Source: Mobula hypostoma
Lineage: Eukaryota
Direction: 5' to 3'
Assembly (NCBI RefSeq): GCF_963921235.1
Contig: NC_086097.1
Location: 175,710,001-175,774,000, forward strand
DNA length: 64,000 nucleotides
This document shows, in pieces, positions 11,545-24,596 of this stretch; within the stretch, counting starts at the first letter, position 1; each line of letters starts with the position of its first letter. The notes below the pieces were generated by a model that worked only from the letters and a program-made list of their open reading frames with translations, made no database searches and was not told where the DNA came from. The position numbers and the translations under genes are program-made.

Positions 11545-14175
11545 GGTTAAGATGGCGTGCAAATTGGCTGCTGCTCCCTAGCATACTCCTGGCCAACGTA
11601 CGGTCCCTGGACAACAAGATGTTCAAGCTGAGAGCCAGAATATCCTCCCAACAGGAAACAAAGCACTTGTAATATCTGTGCTTTACTGAAAACCGGTTGT
11701 TGGAGGAAATGCCAGACCAAGCCACCGAATCCATTGGGTTCCCTGTTCCGAGTGGATAGGGCTAAGGACCTCTCTGGGAAAAGTAAAGGTGGGGGAGTAT
11801 GTTTCATGGTGTGTATTGGTAGGTGCGACCCAGGTGCACCCTCAAATCCTTTTGCTTCCTGGATCTGGAGTACTTTATGCTGCTATAACGATCTTTCTGG
11901 CTGCCTGGAGAATTCACGTCTGTTATTATTACAGCTGTGTACATCCCACTGCAGGTTGATGCCAACCTGGCTCTTAGTGAACTTTGCAAAACCATCAATA
12001 TCCATGAAACCACACACTCAGAGGCTGCTTTCATCATAATTGGACTTTAAGCAAGCATCGATGAGAAGTTCTACCAACACATTGAAGTAAGCACACAGGG
12101 AGGAAGCGCACTTGACCACTGCTACTCTCCCTTCAGTAATGCCTACAAAGTACTTCACCTTCTGTTTGGAAACTCTGACTATCTTGCTGCTGCCTGCCTA
12201 CAGGCAGAAATTAAAGCAGAAAATGGCCATAGTGAAAACTATCCATTGCCAGACCAACCAATGATACTCAATGTTACAAGTCTGCTTTGATAGCATCACT
12301 GGAGAGGTATTTCAAGCTGAGAGCATCTCCAAATACACAGGTGGTCACAAGCTTCATTTGGAAGTGCATTGAAGACATTGTTCCCCAAAAATTGGCCCGG
12401 GTCTACCCAAACCAGAAGCCTTGGATAAATAGTTCAGTGCATGTTGCTCTCGGCACAAGGGATAAAGCCTTCACCTCCAGAGACCAACAGGAGCTCAAGA
12501 GATACCCCTATGATTTATGTAGAGCCATCAAGGTGGCAAAATGGCAACACGGACAAAATCCAGTCACAACTCTGACAATGACACATGCAGCACATGGCAA
12601 TGACTGCACACCATCGTGGACTTCAAGAGGAAATGCAGTAGTTCAGCTAACATTACTGCCTTGGTTCCAGACGAGCTAAATGGTTTTCACATTCAACTTG
12701 AGGTCGATAGGACTGAATCCCCAAGGAGAGCTGCCGATGAGACCTGCATCTTGGTCATTTCACGGGCTGAGGTACATAGAACATTCTAATGTATCAACAG
12801 CCGTAAGGCAGTATTGCTGGATGGCATCCCAGGGCGCGTCCATAAAGTGTGTGTTAAACAACTGGCTGGTGTGTTCACAGATATTTTTAATCTCTCCCTC
12901 TCCCAGTGATTGTGCCCTCTTGTTTCAAATCCTCTATCATTGTCCCTGTACCTAAGAAAACCAAGGTAGCATGCCTGAATGATTGGTGCCCTGTCGCACT
13001 CCGCTCAATTATAAGTGAATGCTTTGAGAGGCTGGTTAAAGACTACATCTTGAGTATGCTACCACTCAAACTGGACCCCTACAATTCGCATACCATTGGA
13101 ACCAGTCTACCGATGATGGCATAGCCACACCACTACACAATGATCTCACTCACCTGGAGAAGAGGGATGCATACTTTAGAAAGCTGTTCCTGGACTACAG
13201 TTCAGCATTCAACACCATAATTCCCTCCAGGCTCGACAAGAAGCTCGGAGACCTCGGCCTGCACCCCACCTTGTGCAGCTGGATCCTAGACTTCCTATCG
13301 GATCACCAACAGGTGGTAAGGATGTGCTCCTTCACCTCTGCCCTTCTGACCTCAACATGGGACCCTAGGGTTGTTTTCTGAGTCCCCTTCTCTACTCCCT
13401 TTACACCCACGACTGTACTGCTCCAATCTGCTGATCAAACTCACAGACAACACGACTTTGAGCAACCTTATTTCTAGCGGTAATGAGACACCTTGACACA
13501 ATGGTGTGAAGATAACAAACTCTCCCTCAATGTCCAAAAAACAAGAGCTGATTGTGGATTACAGGAGGAACGGAGACTGGCTTGGCTTGATCAACATCAG
13601 TGGGTCTGTAGTTCGAGAGGGTGAGTGGTTTCAAGTTCCTTGGTATACAGATTGATGATCTCACCTGGACTGTACACACTGACTTTGTGGCAAAAAAAAG
13701 CATGATCACGTCTCTTCCACCTTAGGTGACTGAAGAAGTTCAACATTGGCCCCCAAATCCTCAAGACCTTCTGCAGGGGCATCATTGAGAGGATACTGGC
13801 TGGCTGTATCACCGCCTGGTATGGAAACTGCACCAACCTTAATTGTTGGGTACTGCAGAGAGTGGTATGGACAACTCAGCACATCTGTGGATGTGAACTT
13901 CCCTCCACTGAGGACATTTATGGCAGCCGGTGCAGAAAAAAGGCCTGGAAGATCACCGGGGACACTAGTCACCCCGACCATAAACTGTTTCAGTTGTTTC
14001 CGTTTGGCAAATGTTACTGTAGCATTAAAACCAGGAACAACAGGCTGTGGGACAGTGTTCTACAAGCCATTAGATTCTGAAATACATATGTTTATACATT
14101 GCAATAGTAATAATGCAATGATTTTTGCTCCCATACATTGCGGGATGTATGTAAGATTTAAATACGTTCTAGATT
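11545..14175 (+). mobile_element. Rex/Babar-clade LINE, near full-length but decayed (APE + RT)
   Basis: LPSILLANVRSLDNK-like start, SGKSKGGGVCF, YPNQKPWIN, CFKSSIIVPVPKK..LNDWCPVAL..CFERLV, FLDYSSAFNTI. Many frameshifts. Confidence 0.88.
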
Positions 14176-15044
14176 CTAAAGCTGGGTCTGAGTGATGTGC
14201 ACCCATTTACTTGTGTTCTACCCTAAAGGAGCTGATGCATTGCAGAACAGGGGCCAGAGTGGGCAGTTGTTGGACAAGTAAGGATGAAGCATATTTCTCA
14301 AGAACATGTAACACGAATGGTGATGGCCAGGAAAATACTAGTGCTACTTGAACTACTGAAAATAAACAGCTTTTTCTATTATAATTCCAAATCTTTTGTG
14401 TCACTTTATTTGGATATGATTTGTGTTCTAACATGGATTTTAGATAACTAGCCTACCCTTCCGCCCCCAGTGGTTGGCTGGGTTTAAAAGCAGCTATTTA
14501 CTTCTGCACTAGTGCTGCCTGACATACTAAGTATTTCCAGTGTGTTTTTCTTTCACTTCAGATTTCTAGTATCCACACCTGTTTATTAAGAGGCAGCTCC
14601 CAAGACACATTCCTTATTCTGATCCAATAGTGCCTTTGAAAATAAAAGGCAGTTTGTTTGATCTACTTCAGCTTGCTTCAAGGCCTGATTCGTATATCGT
14701 CAGTAGAGTTTTTTAGGTCTGTTTTTGGAATTGCCCACAAAAGTACTGACATCCAGGTTTCTAGCTTTCTATTGAGGAGCAAGAGTCACCTGTGGGAAAC
14801 TTCTTGAAATTCAGGAAATTCATTGTACCAGTCTTGCCAGAGTAAAGTCTTCATCTGGTGATAAGTGACCCAAGCTAATTGGAGATTACAGCAAACTCAG
14901 TCTTGGTGCAAACTGGTACAAGGCTGCAACATTGCCCTAACCCTTTTCTCAGTCTTGTTGTAGTGCTGCACTTAACTTCCAACATGTTTCCTACTGAAAT
15001 AGAGGTTGTGCATAAGACAAATGGGAAATTGTTCAACTTATGTT

Positions 15045-17143
15045 CAGAATCAGGTTTCATCATCATCTTTATTATTACTGACATATATCCTGAATTTTGT
15101 TTTGTGGCAGCAATACAGTGCAAAAGACAATGGAGTCTTTAGGCTTCTGTAGCTCTACCACAATGTGAAGTAAACATTTTTTTTGTTGTGTTTGTCTTTA
15201 ATGATGGATGCTGCCTTCTTGAGGCACCATCTCCTGAGGATGTCCTTGATAGTGGGGAGGGTTGTGCTCGTAATAGAACTGGCTGAGTCTACAACCTTGG
15301 CAATCCTGTGCATTGGAGATTCAATATTAGGCTGTAATGCAACCAGTCAACTGTACATCTATAGGTACCTTCTCAAACTCCTAAAGAAGTAGAACTACTG
15401 TCAAGCCTTCTTCATGATTACATCAATGTACTGGGCTTAAAATATCTCCTTTGAGATGTTGATGCTCAGGAACTTGAAAGCTGTTTACGCTTTCTAAAAC
15501 TGGTCCCTCAATGAAGACTCTGTTCCTCCCAACTTCCCCTTCCCGAAATCCATAATCAATTGCTTTAGTCTCACTGATTGTGAGTGTGAGTTTGTTGTTG
15601 TGACACCATTCAACCAGCTGATCCGTCTCATTCCTGAATGCCTTCTCATCAGCTCATTTATAGATGGCATTTGAGCTGTGCTTAGCCACGCAGTCATGAG
15701 TGTGCAGAGAGTAGAGCAGTGTGCTAAGCATGTACCTTGAGGTGCACCTGTGTTGATTGTCAGTGAGGAGATGTTATTGATCCACACTGACTGGTCTTGA
15801 GGGTCCAGTTGCAGAGGGAGATACAAAGGCCCAATTTTTGAAGCCTGTTGTTGATTAATACCGATGGTGTTGAATGCTGAGCTCTAATTAATAAACATCA
15901 GCCTGACGTATGAATTGCTGTTGTCTAGGTCCCAAAGCTGATTGTGAGTCATTGAGATAGCATCTGTTGTAGACCTGTGTGGTGGTAGGCAGATTGAAGT
16001 GGGTGCAAGTTCTTGTTCAGGCAGGAGTTAATTCTAGCCATGATTAACATCTTTCCGGTAGTTTTGAGAGCAACTTAGCGATAGTGATTTGACCAGTTCA
16101 AGCTGCTCTTGGTCACTGGTACGCCCTTTCAGAGCAGATGGGAATCTCCACAGCAGTTGCTTCTTCTCCTGAGCCAAAGTCAGGCCAACTCGGTGATTGC
16201 AGACTGCAAGCAACATCTTTACTGGTTTGCATTTGGAGATTGATGTCTAAGTCATCATTTCATTCTAAGGTAGAATAAGAATTGGCCTCGCATGAAACAT
16301 TTGCAAAATGGAGGTCTGCTTGCAACCTCTTACCACTCTTAAAAACCTTCGGACAGTGAAGGCTCACAAGACCTGATTATTTCTTATTATGTCAGAAACT
16401 GAGTGCTTATCTGTGGGCAGTGCTTATCAGGCCTTCCAGTGCACGTTCTCATTTTTCATTACAAGGGACATTTGGCTCATTGAATCCATGTTAGTTCTTG
16501 CAGAATCCTTATGCCTACACAGATGCTGCTCGACCTACGGAGTTCTCCAGCAGTTTATTTTTTGATCCAGATCAAAGTTCAAAGTAATTTTATTATCAGG
16601 GTATATACATGTCACCATATACAACCCTGAGATTTTTTTTCTGTAGTCATATTTAGCAAATGTATAGAATAGTAACTGTAAACAAATTATGCAAATGCAG
16701 ATATAAATAGCAATAAATATGGGGCATGAAATAATGTAACAGTCCCTAAATGAGTATAGCTATCCCTTTTGTTTGAGAGCCTGATGGCTGAGGGGTCGTA
16801 ACTTAATTCTGGTGGTGAGAGTCCTGGGCTCTTGTATCTGCTACCTGATGACAGCAGTGAGAGGTCTGGGTGGTGAGGATCTTTGGATGCTGTTTTCTAT
16901 GGCAACATTTCACGTAGATATGCTCAATGGCTGGGAGGGTTTTTCCTGTGATGCACTGGGCCGGATCCACTACCTTGTGTTGGATTTTCCACTCAAAGGC
17001 ATTGATGTTCCCATTCCAGGCTGTAATGCAGCTAGTCAGCACACTTCCCACCACACATCAATAGAAGTTTGTCTCGGTTTTCGATGACATGCTGAACTTC
17101 TGCAGATTCCTGAGGAAGTAGGGGCGCTGTCATGCTTTCTTTG
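15045..17143 (-). mobile_element. Two decayed Rex/Babar LINE 3' fragments (~15045-16045 and ~16575-17143)
   Basis: Minus-strand motifs SSLTINTGAPQG and SVLTSCITAWNGN plus the shared 3' tail. Confidence 0.75.
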
Positions 17144-17309
17144 TGTAACAACCTGTTAATGCAATGGTTTCTCTGTAGTGCAGTGTTTGGGTTATGACTA
17201 GAGATAATGGGGGCTTTGGAATGTGCACTGGCCAATGAGAGGAGATGTTTTCCTTGTGGGTCCGAGCGAAGGTTTCGCAGTCTTTTGTTCAATGGAAGAT
17301 GGAGAGAGG

Positions 17310-17680
17310 CTGATCATCCAACTCAGAACCCAACTCTGTACCAGCCTTCCCTCCATACCCCCTGATCCCTTTAGCCACAAGGGCCATATCTAACTCCCTC
17401 TTAAATATAGCCAATGAACTGGCCTCAACTGTTTCCTGTGGCAGAGAATTCCACAGATTCACCACTCCCTGTGTGAAGAAGTTTTTCCTCATCTCAGTCC
17501 TAAAAGGCTTCCCCTTTATCCTCAAACTGTGACCCCTCCTTCTGGACTTCTCCAACTTCAGGAACAATCTTCCTGCATCTAGCCTGTCCAACCCCTTTAG
17601 GATTTTATACGTTTCAGTCAGATCCCTCCTCAATCTTCTAAATTCCAATGAGTATAAGCCTAGTTCATCCAGTCTTTCAT
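17310..17680 (-). mobile_element. CR1 LINE 3' fragment
   Basis: LEFRRLRRDLTETYKILKG..RGHSLRIKG..NLWNSLP. More decayed CR1 3' pieces at ~530-715, 18820-19090, 19600-20110, 21440-22020, 46700-47170, 47485-47745, 55540-55880, 63100-63420. Confidence 0.88.
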
Positions 17681-19696
17681 CTCAGCATCTGCAAGCTTTG
17701 GTCTCCACACGTCTAAGAATATTCTTAAAACCTTAGAAAAATTGTAACATGCTAATCAAGTCTCAAATACTTTGTCTATGACTGAAATGGAGAAGGGCAT
17801 TCGGAATAGCTTTGAAATCCTTGAGTCCACTTGTCAGAAGTGCAAACAATAGAGACCAGATTACACTCACTCTGGCCTCAGCAGCTACCACAACAGAAGT
17901 GGAACAAAGTTATTATCAATCCCAAGCAATTGTTTGAGAACTGGAGGAATAATGCTTTACACCATGAAATCCTTCTGAAATGAATTTTACAGATTACATG
18001 CAACACACACAAAATGCTGGAGGAACTCAGCAGGCCAGTCAGCATCTATGGAAAAGAGTACAGATGACGTTTCAGCTGACATTTTTCAGCAGGACTGGAG
18101 AAAAAAGATATTTACAGATTACATGTTGTCAGTAGTCTGCCCAAATCAATTTAAGGGGTAATTAATGTGAGAACTTTCACTTTGGAAGAGGGTAATGTGT
18201 GAAGCTGATATTATCTGGAAACTGAGCTTATTGGAGACATTTGAATTCACTAATTGCATCATGAATGTTAAATGAACATAAGGCTTGGCATATTGAACAT
18301 TTACTCAATCCTTGTATTTTCTAACATCCTTCACTGAAGTGGGATTTAAGTGTGTTTTGTTTAACATGTGACATGATTATGAATTTCTGACCTCTCAATG
18401 GAGCTGTGAATGAAGCCACTTTTAAGGGTTAATAACAAGGGTCAATTTTCAACAAAATAAGGTCTGTCAAGCCTTATGAGTGATCAGCTCTTGGTGTGAA
18501 CTTTTGGATTTTAAAATGGCTATGGGCAATATGGTTGGATGGCGGTATTTCATTTAACCATTAAAAATATGCATAGCATCTTAACATCTGGCATTCAACA
18601 AAACGTCTGTTTTTAGTAGACCTCTTGTGTTAGCTATTTATTTCAGATTAGTAAAGTTAGTGTATAGTGCAGTTCACACTGAATAGGTACTTTTTTCTAT
18701 TTCCTGAGGTGGTTGGGGGGGAAAAAAGCAGTAATATTTTGCATAAAGTTGCGATCTAATTATCTTAACATAGCAGACTGTGGGAACAATATTTTCCCAG
18801 AGTTTAGTTTCAGATTCTTAAAGGACATGGATTTAAAGTGATAGGGGAAAGAATTAGAAGGGAGCTAAGGGGCAACTTTTTCCACACAGACAGTACTGGG
18901 TATATGGAATGAGCTGGCAGTGAAAGTGGTAGAAGCAGATCGAATTTAAACTATACCTGGCTCTACCGCTTCATGCATTTAAAAAATATTTGGCTAATTA
19001 CATGGTTAGGAAAGGTAGAGGCATATGAGCCAAACACTGGCAAATATGACTGGCTCAGACAACGTCCACAGGGCCTGTTTTCAATGCTCTTAGACGATTA
19101 ATTTTCAAAACTGTTGACCTCTGGGGTTAGAGAGGCCTGCCTTGCTGATAATCGTCCTCCAGCATCAGTGAGCTGGTAGTTAGTGTGCTTTTTTCTTGCA
19201 TTGCATAGTTTGATCCCTTGGGATCTCTGATGCCCTGTAAGAAGCCTCCAGTGATGTAAGCCAAATTGGTGTTCCTCTTTCATTAACTGTGCTTTAGGTA
19301 TACACTGATGAATTTGTTCTGTTTCAATTGGATTTCTGAGTACAAAGAGCAGAATTCTGCATGAATTAACCCTCTGTGGGTTACAGTTGTATTTCCACAA
19401 AATCAGTTGAGTGGAGAAAATTTACAAATTTCATTACACTTGCATATTTAATCAGGTCTCAATGACCAGTACCAGATATACATCTCTATATTAAGCTGTG
19501 TGGAGAAATTTCCATCATTAAGAAATGAGTACTTGATTTCATTTGAAATAATTGGCTCACTAGACTTTCTACAGGGTAGAGGATGAATGCTGATTTTTAC
19601 TGTGACGTCGAACATGGTGTACTGCACGGTACTGTACCTGCCTTTCAGCCCACAATGTTGTGCCAGCCTTCTTCCTACTCCAATATCAATCAAATC

Positions 19697-19775
19697 CAGT
19701 GGTTCCAACCATTTTAATGTCTTGGACCCTTACCATTAACAGAGGGGTATACGGCCCTCAGGTTGGGAAACTCTG
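19697..19775. mobile_element. ~80-bp hAT-like MITE
   Basis: TIRs CAGTGGTTCCAACC / GGTTGGGAAACTCTG with near-matching 8-bp flanks ATCAAATC / ATCTAATC. A related, oppositely oriented copy starts at 6818. Confidence 0.6.
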
Positions 19776-22290
19776 ATCTAATCATTCCTTTTGACATAGC
19801 CCTTCATTTTTCTTTCATCCATGTGCCTATCTAAGCACCTCTATAACATCCCTAATTTGTCTGCCCCTACTGTTAATCCTGGCAGCATATTGCACACACC
19901 CATCTATGTGTGTTGGGGGTGGGGAGAGATACATATCCTATTTCTGATGCCCCTCTTCCCCTTGTACTTCATGCACCTTAAAGTTAAGCCCCCTGTATTT
20001 GTCATTTCCTTCTTGGGCACAAGTCTCTGGTTAAACACTCGACCTATGCCTCTTATCACGTACACCTCTATCAAGTCACCCCTCAACCTGCTAATGTACA
20101 AAGGAAGAGAAACCTGATAGAAACTTCAGCCTACCCTCTGCCTCTTCTTGCTAAGCTTTTTTTTAGCCAAAGTCTGAAGCTCCTCACTGGCCCACTCCCA
20201 CAGTGAGATGATTTATAATAGTTTAGCAGGCCTGATCATCAACTGGGTGGTACACCCCAATGATTTTTTTTGGATGAGTAAGATGACATATCTGCTGCTG
20301 TTGATAAATATTCTCAAATTGATATTAAGAAATAATTATTTTAGTTTGGAATAAACTCCAAGGATTTGATTATCAGAGCCCACTTTCAAATTAGACCTAA
20401 TATAACTTTTTTCTGAGTTTGTAAGTATCGCATTTGAAATACTAGAAATGACCAAATTAAAGTCTAGTTAGAGCTTGGGAATGAAAAACCTGCAAAGGTA
20501 TGTTCTGTTGGTGATAACCTTGTATAGTAGGTAAGCGAGAAGCAGCCAGCAAATGTAAAGGGTTTTTTTTAAGAAATCTAAGGCAGAGTTGTCTCTAAAT
20601 GGTTGATAGATTTAGAGCAAGCAATATGAGAGGAATAAAATCCTGTAGTCAAACCAATTCTTGTCAGTGCCATCGTTTGGAGTTTTTCTATCCAACCTTG
20701 CTCAAAAAAATAATTCAAGAAATGTGTAATGTGAAAGAAAATAGCCATACAGATGATTGAAGCAAACTTTGTCTTGCAGAAGAATATATTAAGCCAACTC
20801 GAACAGTGGTCTCAATCACAATGTTCAATGTCTTTTACAAATAAATTACCAGTGGACTTTTTCAGGCTAAAAGAAAGAGCTTTGAAGGAGAATAAATAGC
20901 TAGCGTTGCAGGAGCTAGAATTTGGCAGCAAAGTTGGAAAGTGCTGGAGTCAACAGATGTTGAGCCAAGAATAGCTAGCTTGCTACCCAGGAAATATGAT
21001 AATAGCTATTTGCCCGACTTTCCCTCAAAAGGGCAGTATCGAACTAGGGGAATGTTTTAAATGGTCAGTTAAAAAGAAGCTACAGAAAGATGTGTTTTAA
21101 AAGCATTATTGAAAGCTCAAATGATTTAGACTTGTATAAGGATGAAAAAGTCGTGCTATGAAAGCAAACCGCTGGTAAACAGTAAATTCAGAGAAGCAGA
21201 AGGCCAATGGTCCTGAAACTAAATTGAATTCTTTTTTAAAGTTGAGTTAGAGTAACAAAATGGTTGTTAATGGTCTTATTATGTGAAGTTCTGGGTAAGG
21301 TATGAATTGAACTCTGACCTAAGCAACTGAATTTAATTTCAAGGAATAAAGTAACATTTGGTTATAAAAATAAAAGTAACAATGATCATGAAATTACTTG
21401 GTTAATGTAAAAATCCATCTGTTTTACTGTTACACTGCTAGAAAGAAAATTGGCAATAGCAGTAGGGATAGGCCACTTGATCCCTTAAACCTGCCCCACC
21501 ATGCAATATGATCATGGCTTATCTGTCTCAGACCTCAACTTCTGTTCTGTGCCACTTCTCCATCGCCCTCAACTTCCTGGTCTTTCAACTCCTTGTTTCC
21601 ACAATCCCCAGGGATACAGAATTCTACTATTCTCCATGAATCGCTTTTGGACAGCCTGGGTTTGCATGACAACCCCCTAATGTTTTAGCTATGGCCCCTT
21701 GTTCAATGTTCTCCAGCAGTGAAAACACCTCAATATCTAGCTCATGCTGCCCTTGAGTATCTTGCATTCCATTAAGGTCGCTCCTTATGTGAAGCTTTTA
21801 AAGTAAATCTATTTTCTTTAGCCATTCATGATGGATCAGCTCTCGTATCCCAGCAGTTAGTCTAGTGAATCTCTTTTTGATTAGCCTACAGTGCAAATGT
21901 ATTCTTAAATTAAGGAACTAGAACTGTACAGTACTCCAGGTCTGACCTTACTAGTACCCTGTACAATTACTTCCCTATTTCAATTTCAATTTCAATGACC
22001 TATGAAGGTCATTGTCATCCACACCTGTCTGCATCAGTATAGCCTCACTAGGGGATCCCACACATATCCTAGCTACTCATTTTTTCATATCTGTAAAGCT
22101 TTTGCTGTTTTAACATTACTATTCAATGTTTTTTTTAGTGTTGTAAAATTCACATTCATCAACTGCTAATGTTCCTCTTGTTTTCAGCTTAATTTTTTCA
22201 TCCTTTTTGGAGCATGGGGCAGTGCAGCACTGGAATAGGTCCTATAAGCTGACAATATTCCACTGAAGTAATTAAACCGGTAACCAAATA

Positions 22291-23876
22291 CAGGTGTCCT
22301 CCGCTTTTCGAACGTTCGCTTTACGAAACCTCACTCTTGCGAAAGACCTACATTAATTACCTGTTTTTGCTAACAGGAGGTGTTTTCACTGTTACGATGA
22401 AAGGCAGTGCGCGCCCCGAACAACCGCTCCTCCCCCGGATTCGGAACTGCATTCTAGCCGGCATTGCTTAAACACATGCCTGTGAGCAGCTGTTTGCAAG
22501 ATGAGTTCTAAGGTATCGGAAAAGCTTAAAAGAGCTCGTAAGGAAGTTACACTTAGTGTAAAACTAGACATAATTAAGCATTTCAATTGTGGTGAACGAA
22601 GTAAGGACAAAGTGAGTTTGGCTTGTGGAAGTTGACGAAGATGATGTTGAAGAGGTTTTGGCATCTCCTGACCAAGCACTGATAGATGAAGAGCTGATGT
22701 GATTGGAAGAGGAAAGGATAACAATCGAAACCGAATGCAGTAGCAAACGGACCGAAAGTGAAGTCGTCCAGGAACTAAACATCAAGCAACTGCGTGAGAT
22801 TTTCACTGCAGTTATTGCAGAAAAGTACAACTTTAACTTTGAAAGAGTACGTCAGTTTAGGGCATATTTGCGAGATGGTTTGAGTCCTTACAAAGAACTG
22901 TATGATCTAAAAATGTGCAAGGCTAAGCAGTCAAGCAAGCCTTCCACATCAGCCACAGCAGGCGACGAACCTCGACTTTCGACATCGAGGCAGGCAGACT
23001 TAGAAGAAGATGACCTGCCTGCCCTGATGGAAATAGCCGATAAGATGACACCCCAGTGCCCCACCACCCCAACCCCTGGGCCGTGGACAGATACCGACCC
23101 GTGAAGAATGCAGTGGTAGCTGGGACGCACCCAGCACATCTTTAAGGAAAAAAGCCGAAATAAGCTAATCAATTAGGTGCCACCCGGCACGCGAATGTCG
23201 GCCCAGATCAGAGGCGATTGCCGATTGCGTCGCCTCTGATATGGGCCAACATTTACGTGCCGGGTGGCACCTAATTAATCAGCATGTTTATTTTGGCTTT
23301 TTTCTTAAAGATGTGCTGGGTGCGTCCTGGCTACCACTGTACCCCTGCATGCTTCGCAGATCAGTATCGATTCGCTGCCCAGAGGGTGGGGGCCACTGCA
23401 CCACCCCAACCTCCGACGACTCAGCCTAACACACCATCATCAGTGTGCTCTGTGCTGTCTTCCTGATTTCCGTAAGTGATACTACATTGTACATACATTA
23501 TTTCTACTTTATATAGGCTGTGTATTTTTGTGTTATTTGGTATGATTTGGCAGCTTCATAGCTTAAAGAGAGTGTCTCTGCTGAGAGCACATGCGTGAGA
23601 TTTTCGCTACAGAGAACAGTGCAGGCAATGATTGTAGTGAAGTATTAGTACTTTATATAGGCTGTGTATTTATCATATTCCTGCTTTTACTGTATGTTAC
23701 TGTTATTTTAGGTTTTATGTGTTATTTGGCATGATTTGGTAGGTTTTTTTGGGTCTGCAAATGCTCACAATTTTTCCCCATATAAATTAATGGTAATTGC
23801 TTCTTTGCTTTATGACATTCCGGCTTATGAACCATTTCATAGGATCGCTCTACCTTCGGATAGCGGGGGAAACCTG
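22291..23876 (+). mobile_element. Tigger (pogo-family) non-autonomous deletion derivative, copy 1
   Basis: TA-CAGGTGTCCTCCGC..GCGGGGGAAACCTG-TA termini. Transposase N-terminus at 22501 (MSSKVSEKLKRARKEVTLSVKLDIIKHF) is joined to the acidic C-terminus (EVDEDDVEEVL..); no DDE domain. Confidence 0.88.
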
Positions 23877-24596
23877 TACCCAACTACACTAATCTCTTCT
23901 GTTTGTGCAATGTCCATATCCTTCGATTCTCTGCACATTCACGTACCTATCTAAGAGCCCCTTAAATCCACCACTGCCCTGTCGGCACCCTCCAATCACA
24001 TGCCACTTCATGTTTTAAAATAAGATAAAAGTGCCCTGCAGTTGTTCTTTGAACTTGCCTACTCTTGTCGCAATGGATGTCCTCTATTATACCATTTCAA
24101 CCATGGTGGAAAATGTACTGGCTGTCTGCTAATTTTATGAACTTCTGTCAACCTCCCCTGCTCCAGAGAAGTTAACTCAAATTTGTCCAAACTCTCTTCA
24201 TAGCTCAAACCTTCTACTCCAAGTAGCATCCTGGTAGACCTCTTCTGCAGTGTTTAGCTACAGCAAATTCTGGTCAAACCTCTGCATTACAAAGGAGAGG
24301 TTTACATTTACCAGTATAGTGAATGTGCTCAAAGTGTTGTATCAGAAATGCCACATTATTCCAACTGAACCCAACTTGCATTTTATTTTACGTTATCTAC
24401 TTTTGTACTGTGTTCCTTCAAAGCCAAGAATCTGGAACAGCTTATAACCTGTCTGTTCAGCTTGTCCTATGAGCTTCACAGATTTGTATAAATACCGTAA
24501 ATTCCAGTGTGTAAGCTGAGAATTTGGCCCTAAATTTTAGTCCCAAAATTGGGGGGTTGGCTTATACAGAGGGTGCCAACTTTGGGAAAATGAATA

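Noticed and set aside
17144..17310. Possible LTR fragment starting TGTAACA; similarly a short LTR-like piece at ~47249-47483
   Set aside because: No matching second terminus or TSD found; cannot classify by eye.
18120..21430. Non-repetitive-looking AT-rich stretches (~18120-18780, ~20260-21430) as enhancers or hidden exons
   Set aside because: No supportable ORF or motif evidence; needs cross-species alignment.
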